Shown here: one piece after another, positions 26,767 to 37,022 of the stretch
Numbering within the stretch: the stretch's first letter is position 1
Layout: the number at the start of each line of letters is the position of its first letter
From: a virus
Taxonomy: Duplodnaviria > Caudoviricetes
Strand: one strand, 5' to 3'
Virus record (IMG/VR): IMGVR_UViG_3300035661_000082
Location: 1-52,694 of that record
DNA: 52,694 bases
Translations under genes and position numbers: made by a program
The notes under the pieces: model-generated
Databases searched by the model: none
What the model saw: the letters and a program-made list of their open reading frames with translations, nothing else
Told to the model about the DNA's origin: nothing

Positions 26767-28327
26767 TATGATCGGCGTTGTGCCGCAAACACCCGAACAA
26801 CTTGCCGAGTGTCTAGCAGACCCGCATTGGCGCATTTTCAGCGGTTTACTTTACAAAATCATGATCAAAGGCGATGGCGACGAAGATGGGACTGTCATTC
26901 CATTCGTCCCCAACCTCGCACAGCGTCGATTTATTGATCGTATATGGCACCGTAACGTAACATTAAAAGCGCGCCAGCTTGGTATGACGACGCTTGTTGC
27001 CATCCTTTGGCTTGATCATGCGCTTTTCACGTCCAATCAGCGGTGCGGGATTATTGCCCAAGACCTTCCCGCAGCCACGGTCATCTTCCGCGATAAAGTT
27101 AAATTTGCATACGACAACTTGCCACAAGTGTTGCGCGATGCAATGCCTCTCGTCAAAAATAGCGAGAGCGAACTATTATTTGCACACAACAATAGCTCTA
27201 TCCGCGTGGCCACGTCGATGCGATCCGGCACGATTCACCGCCTGCTTATATCAGAGTACGGAAAAATATGCGCAAAAGACCAAGGCAAAGCCCGTGAAAT
27301 TAGCACGGGTTCAATCCCAGCAGTCCCAGCAAATGGCATATTGGTCATCGAATCTACGTCCGAAGGCGCAGAAGGCGATTTTTACGATATATGCCAGCGC
27401 GCAGAATCCCTATACAACAGCAAGGCACCGCTAACACCTAAAGATTATCGCTTCCATTTTTACGCTTGGTGGCAAGAGCCAAAGTACCGTATGCCCAATA
27501 GTACCGTCGCCATATCGGTAAAAGACCACGAATACTTCGATGAAGTTGAGTGTGTTACTGGAGCAAGGATTGATATAGACCAGCGGGCTTGGTACGTCGC
27601 GACACGCGATGCGGACTTTTCCGGCAAAGAAGAGAAGATGTGGCAGGAATATCCCTCCTCCACGGTCGAGGCATGGCAGAGATCGGCGGACGGAGCTTAT
27701 TACGCAAAAGATTTAACTGAGCTGCGCAAGCGTGGCGGTATTATGCGCGTGCCAATCCTTGATTTGCCGGTGAATACGTTTTGGGATATTGGAAACTCGG
27801 ACGGCTGCGCGATCTGGTTTCACCAACACTCAAACGGCGAGGATAGGTTTATAGCCTACTATGAGGCGCATAACGAGGATTTGCAGCACTACGTTACCGA
27901 GCTGCGTAAAACGGGCTACTTGTTCGATACGCATTTTTTACCGCACGACGCGGATCACCGCCGGCTTGGAATGGTTAACCGTACAACACGCGAGATGTTG
28001 GAAGAGCTTATGCCGCGCGATGTTTTTGTCACCGTGCCAGTCATTGGCCGGATTATGGATGGCATCCACCAAGTGCGAAAGCATCTAAAGGGCGCATATT
28101 TTGATGCGGTTGAATGCAAGGAAGGGATTGCACGGCTAGAAGGCTACCGCAAGAGTTGGAATCAAAAAGATGCCCGATTCCGCGATGACACGCCTGATAA
28201 GTCCAACGGATGCAGCGAAGGCGCGGACGCGCTCAGGCAATGGGCGCAGGCCAAAGAGATAGGAATACTCGCATCAAATGCAGGATACATTTACGAAGAA
28301 GCACCACCACCCGATTGGCGAACATGA
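26759..28327 (+). CDS. Terminase large subunit
   Basis: LKARQLGMTT Walker A, LISE Walker B, IESTSEG motif III, WDIG RNase H-like nuclease, LPHDA, ADALR. Confidence 0.92.
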   Translation: MSNMIGVVPQTPEQLAECLADPHWRIFSGLLYKIMIKGDGDEDGTVIPFVPNLAQRRFIDRIWHRNVTLKARQLGMTTLVAILWLDHALFTSNQRCGIIAQDLPAATVIFRDKVKFAYDNLPQVLRDAMPLVKNSESELLFAHNNSSIRVATSMRSGTIHRLLISEYGKICAKDQGKAREISTGSIPAVPANGILVIESTSEGAEGDFYDICQRAESLYNSKAPLTPKDYRFHFYAWWQEPKYRMPNSTVAISVKDHEYFDEVECVTGARIDIDQRAWYVATRDADFSGKEEKMWQEYPSSTVEAWQRSADGAYYAKDLTELRKRGGIMRVPILDLPVNTFWDIGNSDGCAIWFHQHSNGEDRFIAYYEAHNEDLQHYVTELRKTGYLFDTHFLPHDADHRRLGMVNRTTREMLEELMPRDVFVTVPVIGRIMDGIHQVRKHLKGAYFDAVECKEGIARLEGYRKSWNQKDARFRDDTPDKSNGCSEGADALRQWAQAKEIGILASNAGYIYEEAPPPDWRT

Positions 28328-28334
28328 GGATTAA

Positions 28335-30740
28335 ATGATGATGATTATTGGGTTTAATGATGCTGACGAAAAAAACCGGCTAAAGAGGAATGAAGCTGAT
28401 TTTCCAGTCGCTGACGTTGAGATTGGTGAAGATGAGGACATGGACGAGGACATGGGCATGGACGATGACATGGATTGCGACGGTGAATCTGATACCGACA
28501 TGGATGGCGATGGCGATGGTGAAGATGATCTTGAACTGACGTTTGAGGAATATCACCGCCTCATTATGGAGATCGACCAGCAACCCGTTTGGCGCAGCAA
28601 GGCTGACCGTGAGGCAGAATATGCTGATGGCAATCAACTCGATAGCGACCTGCTACGATTGCAGCGCGAGAACGGCATACCCCCGGCAATCGAGGACTTG
28701 ATTAGCCCGACGCTGCACTCAATCCAAGGATACGAAGCATCAAGCCGCACCGATTGGCGTGTAACCGCAAACGGCGATACTGGAAGCGATGATGTGGCCG
28801 ACGCCATCAATTTCAAACTCAATCAAGCCGAGCGCCATAGTAAAGCCGACCGCGCATGCGCCAAAGCTTTCAAGTCTCAAATCGCCGTCGGCATTGGCTG
28901 GGTCGAAGTCACGAAAGAAACCGATCCGTTTAAGTTCCCGTTTCGCTGCAATGCTATCCACAGAAACGAAATTCACTACGACATGAAGGCCGTTGAAGAT
29001 GATTTGTATGACGCTCGTTGGCTACGCAGGCAAAAGTGGATGAGCAAAGAGCGTGCAGCGGCAGCATTCCCCGAGCATAGAGATCTGATTATGTCGGGTG
29101 GCCTGGCCACTGACGCATTCGGGTATCACTCGTTTAGTTCGACCGACGGTGGCGCATCGACCGGATTGCAGAACGCACACGCAGACGGGCGAGCGTGGAC
29201 GATGCAGGAAGAGCATTGGTTCAACATCATGTCGCTTGAGGTCTGCATCAGCGAAATCTGGTATAGGCGCTACGTTGATGCGACTGTTATTCGGTTTGTC
29301 GATGGCCGAGTTGAAGAGTTTGATATTAACAATCCGCGCCATGTCGAGGCAGTTATCAGCGGCCAAGCCACGCCACGACAAGCCGTCATATCCCGTGTGC
29401 GCCGTTGCTTCTGGCTCGGACCTCGTCAACTCAGTGATGAGCCTTCACCTTATCCACATAACTACTTCCCTTATGTCCCATTCTGGGGCTACCGCGAAGA
29501 CATGACTAACATCCCCTACGGCTTTGTGCGTGGGATGTTATATCAGCAAGATGCCCTCAATTCGGGCATCAGCAAGCTTCGATGGGGCTTGTCTGTTGTG
29601 CGCGTTGAGCGCACGAAAGGCGCGGTAGAGATGAATGATGCGCAGCTTCGTCGGCAGATCGCCCGTAACGACAGCGATATTGTTCTCAACGCCGACCACC
29701 TGGCAAAGCCCGGATCACGGTTTGAGGTTCACCGCGATTACCAGCTCAACGATCAGCAACATCAAATGATCCAGGACAACAGATCAGCTATCGAGCGCGT
29801 TAGCGGCGTAACCGCGAGTTTCATGGGTAAAAAAAGCAATGCGACAAGCGGATTGCAAGAGTCAACGCAAGTCGAGCAGTCCAATCAAGGATTGGCTTGG
29901 ATGATGGATAATTTCCGGTCAGCACGCTCAATGGTAGGTGAGTTGCTTATGGCGCTGATTATCGAAGAAATGGGCGAAAATGAAACGACCGTAATCATCG
30001 AAGGCGACGCAGTTCGCGAAGACCGTACCGTTGTACTCAACAAGACTGATGTAGACCCAATGACTGGGCGCGCATATATGAGCAACGACATACAGCGCAC
30101 GCGCTTAAAGGTTGCATTGGAAGATGTGCCAAGCTCAAACAGCTACCGATCGCAACAGTTAGGTGCAATGAGCGAGGCGCTGAAGTCAATGCCAGCAGAG
30201 TATCAAAAAGCAGTATTGCCATTCCTCGTGAGTTTGATGGATGTGCCGTTTAAGCGCGATGTTGTTGAGGCTATTCGAGCCGTAGATCAGCAGCAATCAC
30301 CCGAGCAGATAAAAGAACAAATCAAGCAAGCGGTAGAGCAAGAGCGTATTCGAGGCATGATTGATCTGAAGACTAAAGAGCTTGATATTAAGAGCAAGCT
30401 GGCAGACAGCGAAGTTAAGAAGATTGATGCAACAGCAGTGCAAGTCGGCGTTCAAGCAGCGTTTGCGGCAATGCAAGCTGGCGCACAGATTGTCCAGCAA
30501 CCAGGCATCGCGCCCATTGCCGACGTTGTAATGCAGGGAGCGGGTTATCAAGTGCCGAATCCTATTGGCATTGACCCAAATTTCCCGCAGCCACAAGCTC
30601 AACCAGTTGTTCAGCCACAGCCACAAGCTCAACCAGTTATGCAGCGCCAAAACACTAGCCCGCAGTTTCCGGCCAAGCCAATCAATCCTGGGGATGGCGG
30701 TACTGGCATTGAGACAAGCACGCCAACAGACAACATTTAA
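28335..30740 (+). CDS. Portal protein (P22/933W-like)
   Basis: YADGNQL, GIGWVEV, FPYVPFWGYR...YGFVRGM; long C-terminal coiled-coil; position after TerL. Confidence 0.88.
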   Translation: MMMIIGFNDADEKNRLKRNEADFPVADVEIGEDEDMDEDMGMDDDMDCDGESDTDMDGDGDGEDDLELTFEEYHRLIMEIDQQPVWRSKADREAEYADGNQLDSDLLRLQRENGIPPAIEDLISPTLHSIQGYEASSRTDWRVTANGDTGSDDVADAINFKLNQAERHSKADRACAKAFKSQIAVGIGWVEVTKETDPFKFPFRCNAIHRNEIHYDMKAVEDDLYDARWLRRQKWMSKERAAAAFPEHRDLIMSGGLATDAFGYHSFSSTDGGASTGLQNAHADGRAWTMQEEHWFNIMSLEVCISEIWYRRYVDATVIRFVDGRVEEFDINNPRHVEAVISGQATPRQAVISRVRRCFWLGPRQLSDEPSPYPHNYFPYVPFWGYREDMTNIPYGFVRGMLYQQDALNSGISKLRWGLSVVRVERTKGAVEMNDAQLRRQIARNDSDIVLNADHLAKPGSRFEVHRDYQLNDQQHQMIQDNRSAIERVSGVTASFMGKKSNATSGLQESTQVEQSNQGLAWMMDNFRSARSMVGELLMALIIEEMGENETTVIIEGDAVREDRTVVLNKTDVDPMTGRAYMSNDIQRTRLKVALEDVPSSNSYRSQQLGAMSEALKSMPAEYQKAVLPFLVSLMDVPFKRDVVEAIRAVDQQQSPEQIKEQIKQAVEQERIRGMIDLKTKELDIKSKLADSEVKKIDATAVQVGVQAAFAAMQAGAQIVQQPGIAPIADVVMQGAGYQVPNPIGIDPNFPQPQAQPVVQPQPQAQPVMQRQNTSPQFPAKPINPGDGGTGIETSTPTDNI

Positions 30741-30887
30741 CTATCAAGTCATATCAATTTGATAGCCATGTCATTCAAGAAATCCAATGCTAAAAAGCAT
30801 AGCGTTTTTCTATTGGTTGACTTCTGTTAATAGCTAGTTTATATATCGTCGTAAGCACGCGCAGCGATATGCGCAAAGGAAAAAACA

Positions 30888-31838
30888 ATGACTGACCAAG
30901 CTGCACTTATCGAATCATTCGGCGGAACACCCACACCAGAGCAAGCTGCCCAGCTTCTTTATGGCGATACCACTGCGGTGGAAATTGAGGAAGCGCCAGA
31001 ACCTCAAGTTGATGGCGTGGCCGATGATGATGTTGAGCCTGTTGATCCTGTTGAGACTGTTGAGCCTGTTGAGTCCGCAGATAGCGTCATCGTGGCGAAG
31101 GATGGAATCCACACCATCCCCTACGAAAAACTAACCGAAGCCCGTAACAACGCAAATACTTGGAAGGCTGAAGCCGAATCCGCACGCGCAGAGTTGGAAC
31201 GACTCCGTGCAGAAGGGCAAAGCAAGGCAGTAGAAAAGCAAATGGCGGTTGCAGAGGCTGCGATTGATGCGGGAGTTGATCCAGAACTCTTTGGCGACTT
31301 CTCCGAGGAAGACTTGAAGAAGGGCATTCTTAAGCTTGTTGATGCGGAAGTGTCAAGGAAAGTAGAGAAGCTGCTAGAGCCAATCAAAGCTCAGAAGATG
31401 CAATCGGAAGCAGATGCACACTACAGAGAAATCTACAGTGCGCACCCTGACGCTGATTCTATTTTCGAGAGCGGAGAGTTTCAGAACTGGATGGCAAGTA
31501 AGCCGGGCTTCATGCAGAAGGCACTGACTAATGCTCTTACAGCGGGAGCTGCTAAGGACATTATTGAGGTGTTCGGCCAGTACAAGGCCGAAACAGCTAA
31601 GCCCGAAACAACTAAGCCCGTATCAACAGCCAATCAAGATAAGGCAAAAGCGAAAGAAATCGTATCCAAGGCAAAACCATCAACACCAATGAGTCTTTCC
31701 GATATTCCGGGCGGACGAGTTGCAGACAATGCGGGTCGGCTTGAAGCAATCCGCCGCATGACACCCCAAGCGCAGATCGACGCGGTAATGGCACTTTCGC
31801 CAGAGCAGCGTGAGGCGTACATGAACAATCAAGTTTAG
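30888..31838 (+). CDS. Scaffolding protein
   Basis: Acidic N-terminus, TIPYEKL + coiled coil, HPDADSI, SLSDIPGG; between portal and capsid. Confidence 0.75.
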   Translation: MTDQAALIESFGGTPTPEQAAQLLYGDTTAVEIEEAPEPQVDGVADDDVEPVDPVETVEPVESADSVIVAKDGIHTIPYEKLTEARNNANTWKAEAESARAELERLRAEGQSKAVEKQMAVAEAAIDAGVDPELFGDFSEEDLKKGILKLVDAEVSRKVEKLLEPIKAQKMQSEADAHYREIYSAHPDADSIFESGEFQNWMASKPGFMQKALTNALTAGAAKDIIEVFGQYKAETAKPETTKPVSTANQDKAKAKEIVSKAKPSTPMSLSDIPGGRVADNAGRLEAIRRMTPQAQIDAVMALSPEQREAYMNNQV

Positions 31839-31850
31839 AGGACTTAAAAA

Positions 31851-33143
31851 ATGGCAGGCGAAAAAACATTTGCTGCGTATGGTGATAAAACGAACATGAT
31901 CGACCAGGCCGTCGGCCTGTTCGCAACTCACATGCAGCGCAACTCTTCAATAGCTCGACTCACCGGTCCCATGCCCAAGGGCACGGCTGGCGCAGAAGCT
32001 ACATTGCGTAAACAAACTACCCAACACATGCCCATTGTGCGCTGTACCGACCTTTCTAAAGGTCGCGGCGCTGACGTGACTTTCCACCTGTTGAATCCAA
32101 CCAACGCGAAACCGATCATGGGCAAGTCCTATGCCGAAGGTCGCGGTACTGGCATGTCTATCACGCAAGCCGAACTTCGTGTTGACCAAGCGCGCTTCCC
32201 AATCGACTTGGGCGACGTGATGACAACTATCCGTTCACCTGTTGATTTCCGCGCCCTTGGCCGTCCAGTCGCGCAAAACCTTATGGATCGCTATGTTGAT
32301 CAAACCCTGCTCGTTCACATGGCGGGCGCTCGCGGCTTCCATAACAACGTTGAGTGGGTTATCCCAACCAACGCAGATGCCGACTTCAATAGCATCATGG
32401 TGAACCAGGTCAAAGCGCCATCAAAAAACCGTCACTACATTGCCGATGGTTCTGCGGTTAAGCCATTCACTGTGGCGGCTGGTGAAGTCGACTTGCAATC
32501 AACTGACATTTTCAAAATGGACGTTGTGGATTCAATGCGCACCGTGCTTGATCAGATTCCATTGCCTCCCCCGATCGTCATGTTCGAGGGCGATAAAGCG
32601 GCATCTGATTCACCACTTCGCGTATGGATGATGAGTCCAGCGCAGTACAACAAGTTTGCATCGGATAGCTCATTCCGTTCGCTGCAAGCAAGTTCAATGG
32701 CGCGTGCAAGCCAGGCTAATCAGCATCCATTGTTCTTGGGAGAGGCTGGCTTGTGGAACGGGTTCTTGCTTATCAAGATGCCGCGTCCGATTCGCTTCTA
32801 CTCGGGCGATACCATCAATTATTGCGCATCGAACACCAGCGAAACCGAGTCATCTTGCGTTGTACCTGCGTCGTTCGGCACTGGGTTTGCAGTTGACCGC
32901 TCGCTCATTCTCGGCGGACAAGCAATTGCAGAAGCCTTTGCAGCGTCCGACAAGTCTGGCATTCCGTTCTTTTGGAGCGAGAAGGAGCTTGACCACGCCG
33001 ACAAGATTGAATTGCTGATTGGCGCGATTCGTGGCGTAAGTAAGATCAAATTTGAAGTCGATACCGGCCTGGGCAAAGAGTTCACGGACAACGGCATTAT
33101 TGCAGTTGACACCGCTGTTTCTACCATTGGCACACGCAACTAA
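31851..33143 (+). CDS. Major capsid protein, N4-gp56/DUF4043 family (933W-like)
   Basis: PIVRCTDLSKGRGADVTF, EGRG, VHMAGARG, HPLF.G..G.WNG motifs. Confidence 0.88.
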   Translation: MAGEKTFAAYGDKTNMIDQAVGLFATHMQRNSSIARLTGPMPKGTAGAEATLRKQTTQHMPIVRCTDLSKGRGADVTFHLLNPTNAKPIMGKSYAEGRGTGMSITQAELRVDQARFPIDLGDVMTTIRSPVDFRALGRPVAQNLMDRYVDQTLLVHMAGARGFHNNVEWVIPTNADADFNSIMVNQVKAPSKNRHYIADGSAVKPFTVAAGEVDLQSTDIFKMDVVDSMRTVLDQIPLPPPIVMFEGDKAASDSPLRVWMMSPAQYNKFASDSSFRSLQASSMARASQANQHPLFLGEAGLWNGFLLIKMPRPIRFYSGDTINYCASNTSETESSCVVPASFGTGFAVDRSLILGGQAIAEAFAASDKSGIPFFWSEKELDHADKIELLIGAIRGVSKIKFEVDTGLGKEFTDNGIIAVDTAVSTIGTRN

Positions 33144-33151
33144 AATCTAAC

Positions 33152-33165
33152 GGGGCGAAAGCCCC
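33152..33165 (+). other. GNRA tetraloop hairpin after capsid gene
   Basis: GGGGC-GAAA-GCCCC, no U-tract; possible mRNA stabiliser or partial terminator. Confidence 0.5.
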
Positions 33166-33181
33166 AATGAGGTAAACACAC

Positions 33182-33658
33182 ATGGCTACTATTGTATGCA
33201 AACGAATCGTTAACCAATTCGGCGGAGCGTCCCCCTTTGGTAACGCTACTACTCTCAAGTTCCCACTTGTAACGGATTACAACGGTTACATTACCGACTC
33301 CAATACCGTAGCAACTGCTGTTGCGATTGGCGACGTGATTGACCTTGGCCAGCTTCCGTCCGGTATGCGCTTGGACGATGCTCAAATCATCGTCACCACG
33401 GCACAAACCGCATTGACTACGTGGACGCTTGGATTTAAGTACGAGGATGGTGTCGATTCGATTGACGTTCCTCAAGATGCGTCTTATTTCACCGCTTCGG
33501 CAGCTGCCGTCAATACCGTTGGCCGCATCCGTGCTACTGGATCAAAGAATGTCGTCCTACCGAAGAATGCGCGCTTGATTGCTACCGCAGCAGGCGCGAC
33601 CAACGTCAAGGCTTCTAGTATCACGGTTCTCGTATCTGGCGTTCTTACCGGGGCGTAA
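33182..33658 (+). CDS. Capsid decoration/cement-like protein
   Basis: Follows MCP; GDVIDLGQLPSG beta-rich pattern. Confidence 0.6.
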   Translation: MATIVCKRIVNQFGGASPFGNATTLKFPLVTDYNGYITDSNTVATAVAIGDVIDLGQLPSGMRLDDAQIIVTTAQTALTTWTLGFKYEDGVDSIDVPQDASYFTASAAAVNTVGRIRATGSKNVVLPKNARLIATAAGATNVKASSITVLVSGVLTGA

Positions 33659-33707
33659 TCCCCGCCGGTGCGCATAACCTGCGCACCAATTATTCTGAGG
33701 TGTTTGT

Positions 33708-34097
33708 ATGTCTGGAGTCCGGTACATTGGTAAGCGCGCAACATGGGAAGACGCGATTTACGGAAGCTGGCTAGTTTTCGAGAAAGGTCAGTCTCGTAAT
33801 GTGCCGTCACACTTGGCAAACAAATTCCTGCGTCACTATGACATTTTTGAAAAGTCCGATGAATCCGTTGATGATGATACGGCACTCATTCTTGAGCAAA
33901 GCTTAGATAAAGAAAAGCAGCGCGATGAAGTGCTTGAGCAGCTTCTTGAAACACAAATGCGCATTGAGCAGATGGACAAAGATTCAGTTCATGACTATGT
34001 GTTGCACAACTACCGCGAGAAGATGGACAAGCGCCAAAGCATTGAGAAGATGCGCGAACACGCAATTATGCTCATCAATCAGTTTGGTGTCGTATGA
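33708..34097 (+). CDS. Virion morphogenesis hypothetical protein
   Basis: GAGG RBS; YIG...D..YG...F..GQ...VP; ATGA-coupled to next gene. Confidence 0.6.
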   Translation: MSGVRYIGKRATWEDAIYGSWLVFEKGQSRNVPSHLANKFLRHYDIFEKSDESVDDDTALILEQSLDKEKQRDEVLEQLLETQMRIEQMDKDSVHDYVLHNYREKMDKRQSIEKMREHAIMLINQFGVV

Positions 34098-34807
34098 ATC
34101 TTCAAGACCTGATTAACCGTTATCGCTTTGAGGCGTTTGACAGCGTAGTTCCCTACCTTGTCTCTGATGCTCAGGTCATAATGCTGTTAAATGAGGCACA
34201 AGAAGAGGCTGCGTTGCGTGGACGGCTGATTCATGAGAACACTGATAGCGCAGTATGCCGCATAACTTCAACAGAAGGACAGGCAAGCTATCCGCTTCAC
34301 CAAGCACTGTTCGAGCTTTCACATTGTAGCTTCATCGTTGACGGCGAAACGATGCGAAACAATCTTGGCATCGTGTCCGCTGAATACCTGGACAAGCTAG
34401 ATCAGACTGAAAACCAAGGATGGGTTGATTCTTATGGCTCAATGATTGACACATGGCGAGATGCTTATGGCCTTCCACTGTATGTGATTCAAACTGATAA
34501 TGGACTACGCCTTGTTCCAACACCAAGTTCATTCGGTATGATTATTCTCGAAGGCTATCGGTTTCCACTGCAGCAGCTTTCTGCGATGGACGATGTTCCA
34601 GAACTCAATGTGGCTCACCACGTCAAACTCGTGCAATGGGTTTTGCATAAAGTTTTCAACGTACCAGACCATGACTTGTTTGACCCGTCACGCGCCGACC
34701 GCGCATTAGACAGCTTCGAGAAGTATTTTGGCATTCGCCCAGATTCAGACCTGAGAAGGATTACGCGCCATGACGTGCCTCATCATGTTGAGGTATTCTG
34801 GGCATGA
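34094..34807 (+). CDS. Head-tail adaptor protein
   Basis: L.DLI.R.R...SD......LNEAQ; LRLVPTP; typical podovirus adaptor position. Confidence 0.7.
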   Translation: MNLQDLINRYRFEAFDSVVPYLVSDAQVIMLLNEAQEEAALRGRLIHENTDSAVCRITSTEGQASYPLHQALFELSHCSFIVDGETMRNNLGIVSAEYLDKLDQTENQGWVDSYGSMIDTWRDAYGLPLYVIQTDNGLRLVPTPSSFGMIILEGYRFPLQQLSAMDDVPELNVAHHVKLVQWVLHKVFNVPDHDLFDPSRADRALDSFEKYFGIRPDSDLRRITRHDVPHHVEVFWA

Positions 34808-36102
34808 TCAATAAGCCGCCACGCGTAAGCCCACTGATTGAACATGCCGGATTTCCATCCGGTTACAACAATGTCAATCGTCCTGAGCGCATGCCAAACG
34901 GCGCAATGGCAGAAGCTTATAACGTGGATATTACCAACACTGGAAGCGTCCGCAGTCGTGAAGGCTTCGTGAAAGTGTTCAACCAAGCGTGCCATAGCTT
35001 GTGGTCTTGCCACCTTGGAATCTACTTTGTGAGCCAAGGGACGTTATATCGTCTCGCAGACACACCAGTTGTTATAGCTACAGGAATGCGTAGCGAAGCC
35101 GTGAGCTATGCGCTTGTAAATAATGATGTGTACTGGTCAAACGGTTTACAGCGAGGAATCCTTCGCAATGGAATTACCCCAGCATTATGGGGAATTCAAG
35201 CGCCGAATGGCGGTGCGATGCTCTCAGTTGTTGGCGGGTCGTTACCCCGTGGAACATACCAGATTCGCCTGACGTATGTTCGTGGAAACGGTGAAGAATC
35301 AGGCGCAAGTAACGTTGGTGTGATTGACCTTACTTCTGGTGGAGGAGTTCGCATTGACGGACTCATTTCCAGCACTGACCCCGAAGTTATCAAGATAAAT
35401 ATCTATGCGACTCGCCCCAATGGAACAGAGTTTCTAAAGATTGGCGAAGTCATCAACGGGGCAGCTTCTACAGAAGTCACGCTGATGGAGTACGGCGAAA
35501 CGCTCAAGTCATTGTTCAAGTCACCGCCACCGAATGCAACCATTGTTCGCTATTTTAAGGGGCACATTTTATGTGTGGCGGGTGACACTATTTACCAGAG
35601 TGATTCATTCGCGTACCAGTGGTTCGACTTCCGCAATGGATTTGTGCGTATGTCTGGCGATATTACTTTGTGTGTTCCCGTTAATGGCGGTGTGTATGTG
35701 TCTGATGCTGTTGGCACGTATTTCTTGCAAGGCGATAATATAACAACAGCACAACTTCGCTTATTATCGTTCGATAGAGCAGTCATTGGAACCGATGTGA
35801 TGCTATCTGTTTCAGATACGAGACAAGACCCGATAGCAGGTACAATCGAAGCAATCTGGACAACGAATAGAAGCATTGTGAGCGGAGATGACATGGGAAA
35901 TCTTACCGATATTACCAGCAACGACTTCACCATCCCCCAAGCAGAAACAGGTGCGGCCATGCTACGCAAGCAGCATGGTGCAACACAGTACGTCACATCC
36001 TTGTCTGCTGATGAAGGCGTAGCAAACAACAGCGAGTTCAAATCCAAGTCACTCGACTCGGCAGAAATTACCCTTATATCCCGTGGAGGTGTTCCAGTAT
36101 GA
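34804..36102 (+). CDS. Tail nozzle/stabilisation-like protein
   Basis: GYNNV...A.NVDI...G.V..R.G N-terminus of podoviral tail-tube B type proteins; beta-rich. Confidence 0.6.
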   Translation: MINKPPRVSPLIEHAGFPSGYNNVNRPERMPNGAMAEAYNVDITNTGSVRSREGFVKVFNQACHSLWSCHLGIYFVSQGTLYRLADTPVVIATGMRSEAVSYALVNNDVYWSNGLQRGILRNGITPALWGIQAPNGGAMLSVVGGSLPRGTYQIRLTYVRGNGEESGASNVGVIDLTSGGGVRIDGLISSTDPEVIKINIYATRPNGTEFLKIGEVINGAASTEVTLMEYGETLKSLFKSPPPNATIVRYFKGHILCVAGDTIYQSDSFAYQWFDFRNGFVRMSGDITLCVPVNGGVYVSDAVGTYFLQGDNITTAQLRLLSFDRAVIGTDVMLSVSDTRQDPIAGTIEAIWTTNRSIVSGDDMGNLTDITSNDFTIPQAETGAAMLRKQHGATQYVTSLSADEGVANNSEFKSKSLDSAEITLISRGGVPV

Positions 36103-36605
36103 GCAAATTAGTTAGCCAAGAAGCCGTTGAAGGCGTGTTCTCTTTTCAAGTTTTCCGTGACGGTAAGCTGTTTGATTCATTCGATGTTAAGAATGGGCAA
36201 ACACGAGAAGGCGTTGAGTATGGATATAAGACCAAGTTCCTTGGCCTATCCGCAACGTCAACCTGGTATGTTGGCCTCGGCACAACTGATCGCGTAGCAT
36301 CCGAAACCGACACAGCAGCAACCATTGCGGCATTGTGTGGCGAAATCACAACCTACACACCAGCTAACCGAGTTCAGTGGGTTGCGCTTACTGACCCGGC
36401 AGATATGTCTATCAGCAATGCTGCGTCCCCAGCGGCATTCACACTCACAGATGCGGTAATCATTCGCAACGTGTTTCTGGTATCTACCAGCACCCGTAAT
36501 GGTACAACGGGTATCCTTGCATCGACGGCGACCCTACAATCTGCGCGTTCTTATGAAGCTGGTGACGTGTTCCAAGTCGTGTACAAGAACAAGATCACAA
36601 ACTAA
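36099..36605 (+). CDS. Tail structural protein
   Basis: WYVGLG...EITTY...R..W...SN beta-rich motif common in tail proteins. Confidence 0.55.
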   Translation: MSKLVSQEAVEGVFSFQVFRDGKLFDSFDVKNGQTREGVEYGYKTKFLGLSATSTWYVGLGTTDRVASETDTAATIAALCGEITTYTPANRVQWVALTDPADMSISNAASPAAFTLTDAVIIRNVFLVSTSTRNGTTGILASTATLQSARSYEAGDVFQVVYKNKITN

Positions 36606-36617
36606 GAGGGCTACATC

Positions 36618-37013
36618 ATGGCAATGGGATTTAGTACAACTCTACGCACAGCGCGCGCGCAGGCCATCGTAACCACGCTAGGAAACGCCTGCCTGTTCAA
36701 ATGCTACGACGGTACACGCCCAGCAACGGGCGGCACGGCGACTACCCTATTGGCAACGCTGACGGGTGGAGCACCCGCCGGAACAGCCACAAATGGCGTG
36801 CTTACGTTCAACACAATCGCAAGCGATACAGCAGCAGATGCTACCGGAACATGCACATGGGTTAGGATAACAGACTCGTCAGGAACGTTTGTTGCTGATA
36901 TGTCGGCTGGGATTGCGGGAAGTGGTGCTGAGGTCATCTTCAACAACGCTGATTTTGTTATCGGTTATCCAGTTGGAATATCCAGCGCTACGATCACCGA
37001 AGGCAACGCATAA
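36618..37013 (+). CDS. Tail structural protein
   Basis: YDGTRPA...LATL...ADATGT.TW.RI motif of small phage tail proteins. Confidence 0.6.
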   Translation: MAMGFSTTLRTARAQAIVTTLGNACLFKCYDGTRPATGGTATTLLATLTGGAPAGTATNGVLTFNTIASDTAADATGTCTWVRITDSSGTFVADMSAGIAGSGAEVIFNNADFVIGYPVGISSATITEGNA

Positions 37014-37022
37014 GGAATCCAA

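Noticed and set aside
28420-28530. Acidic DMD/DG repeats at the portal N-terminus and QPQAQPV duplication at its C-terminus
   Set aside because: Ordinary low-complexity termini; no evidence of a separate function
30817-30845. Promoter TTGACT-17-TATATA upstream of the scaffold gene
   Set aside because: The -10 box lacks the conserved final T; plausible but not supportable from sequence alone
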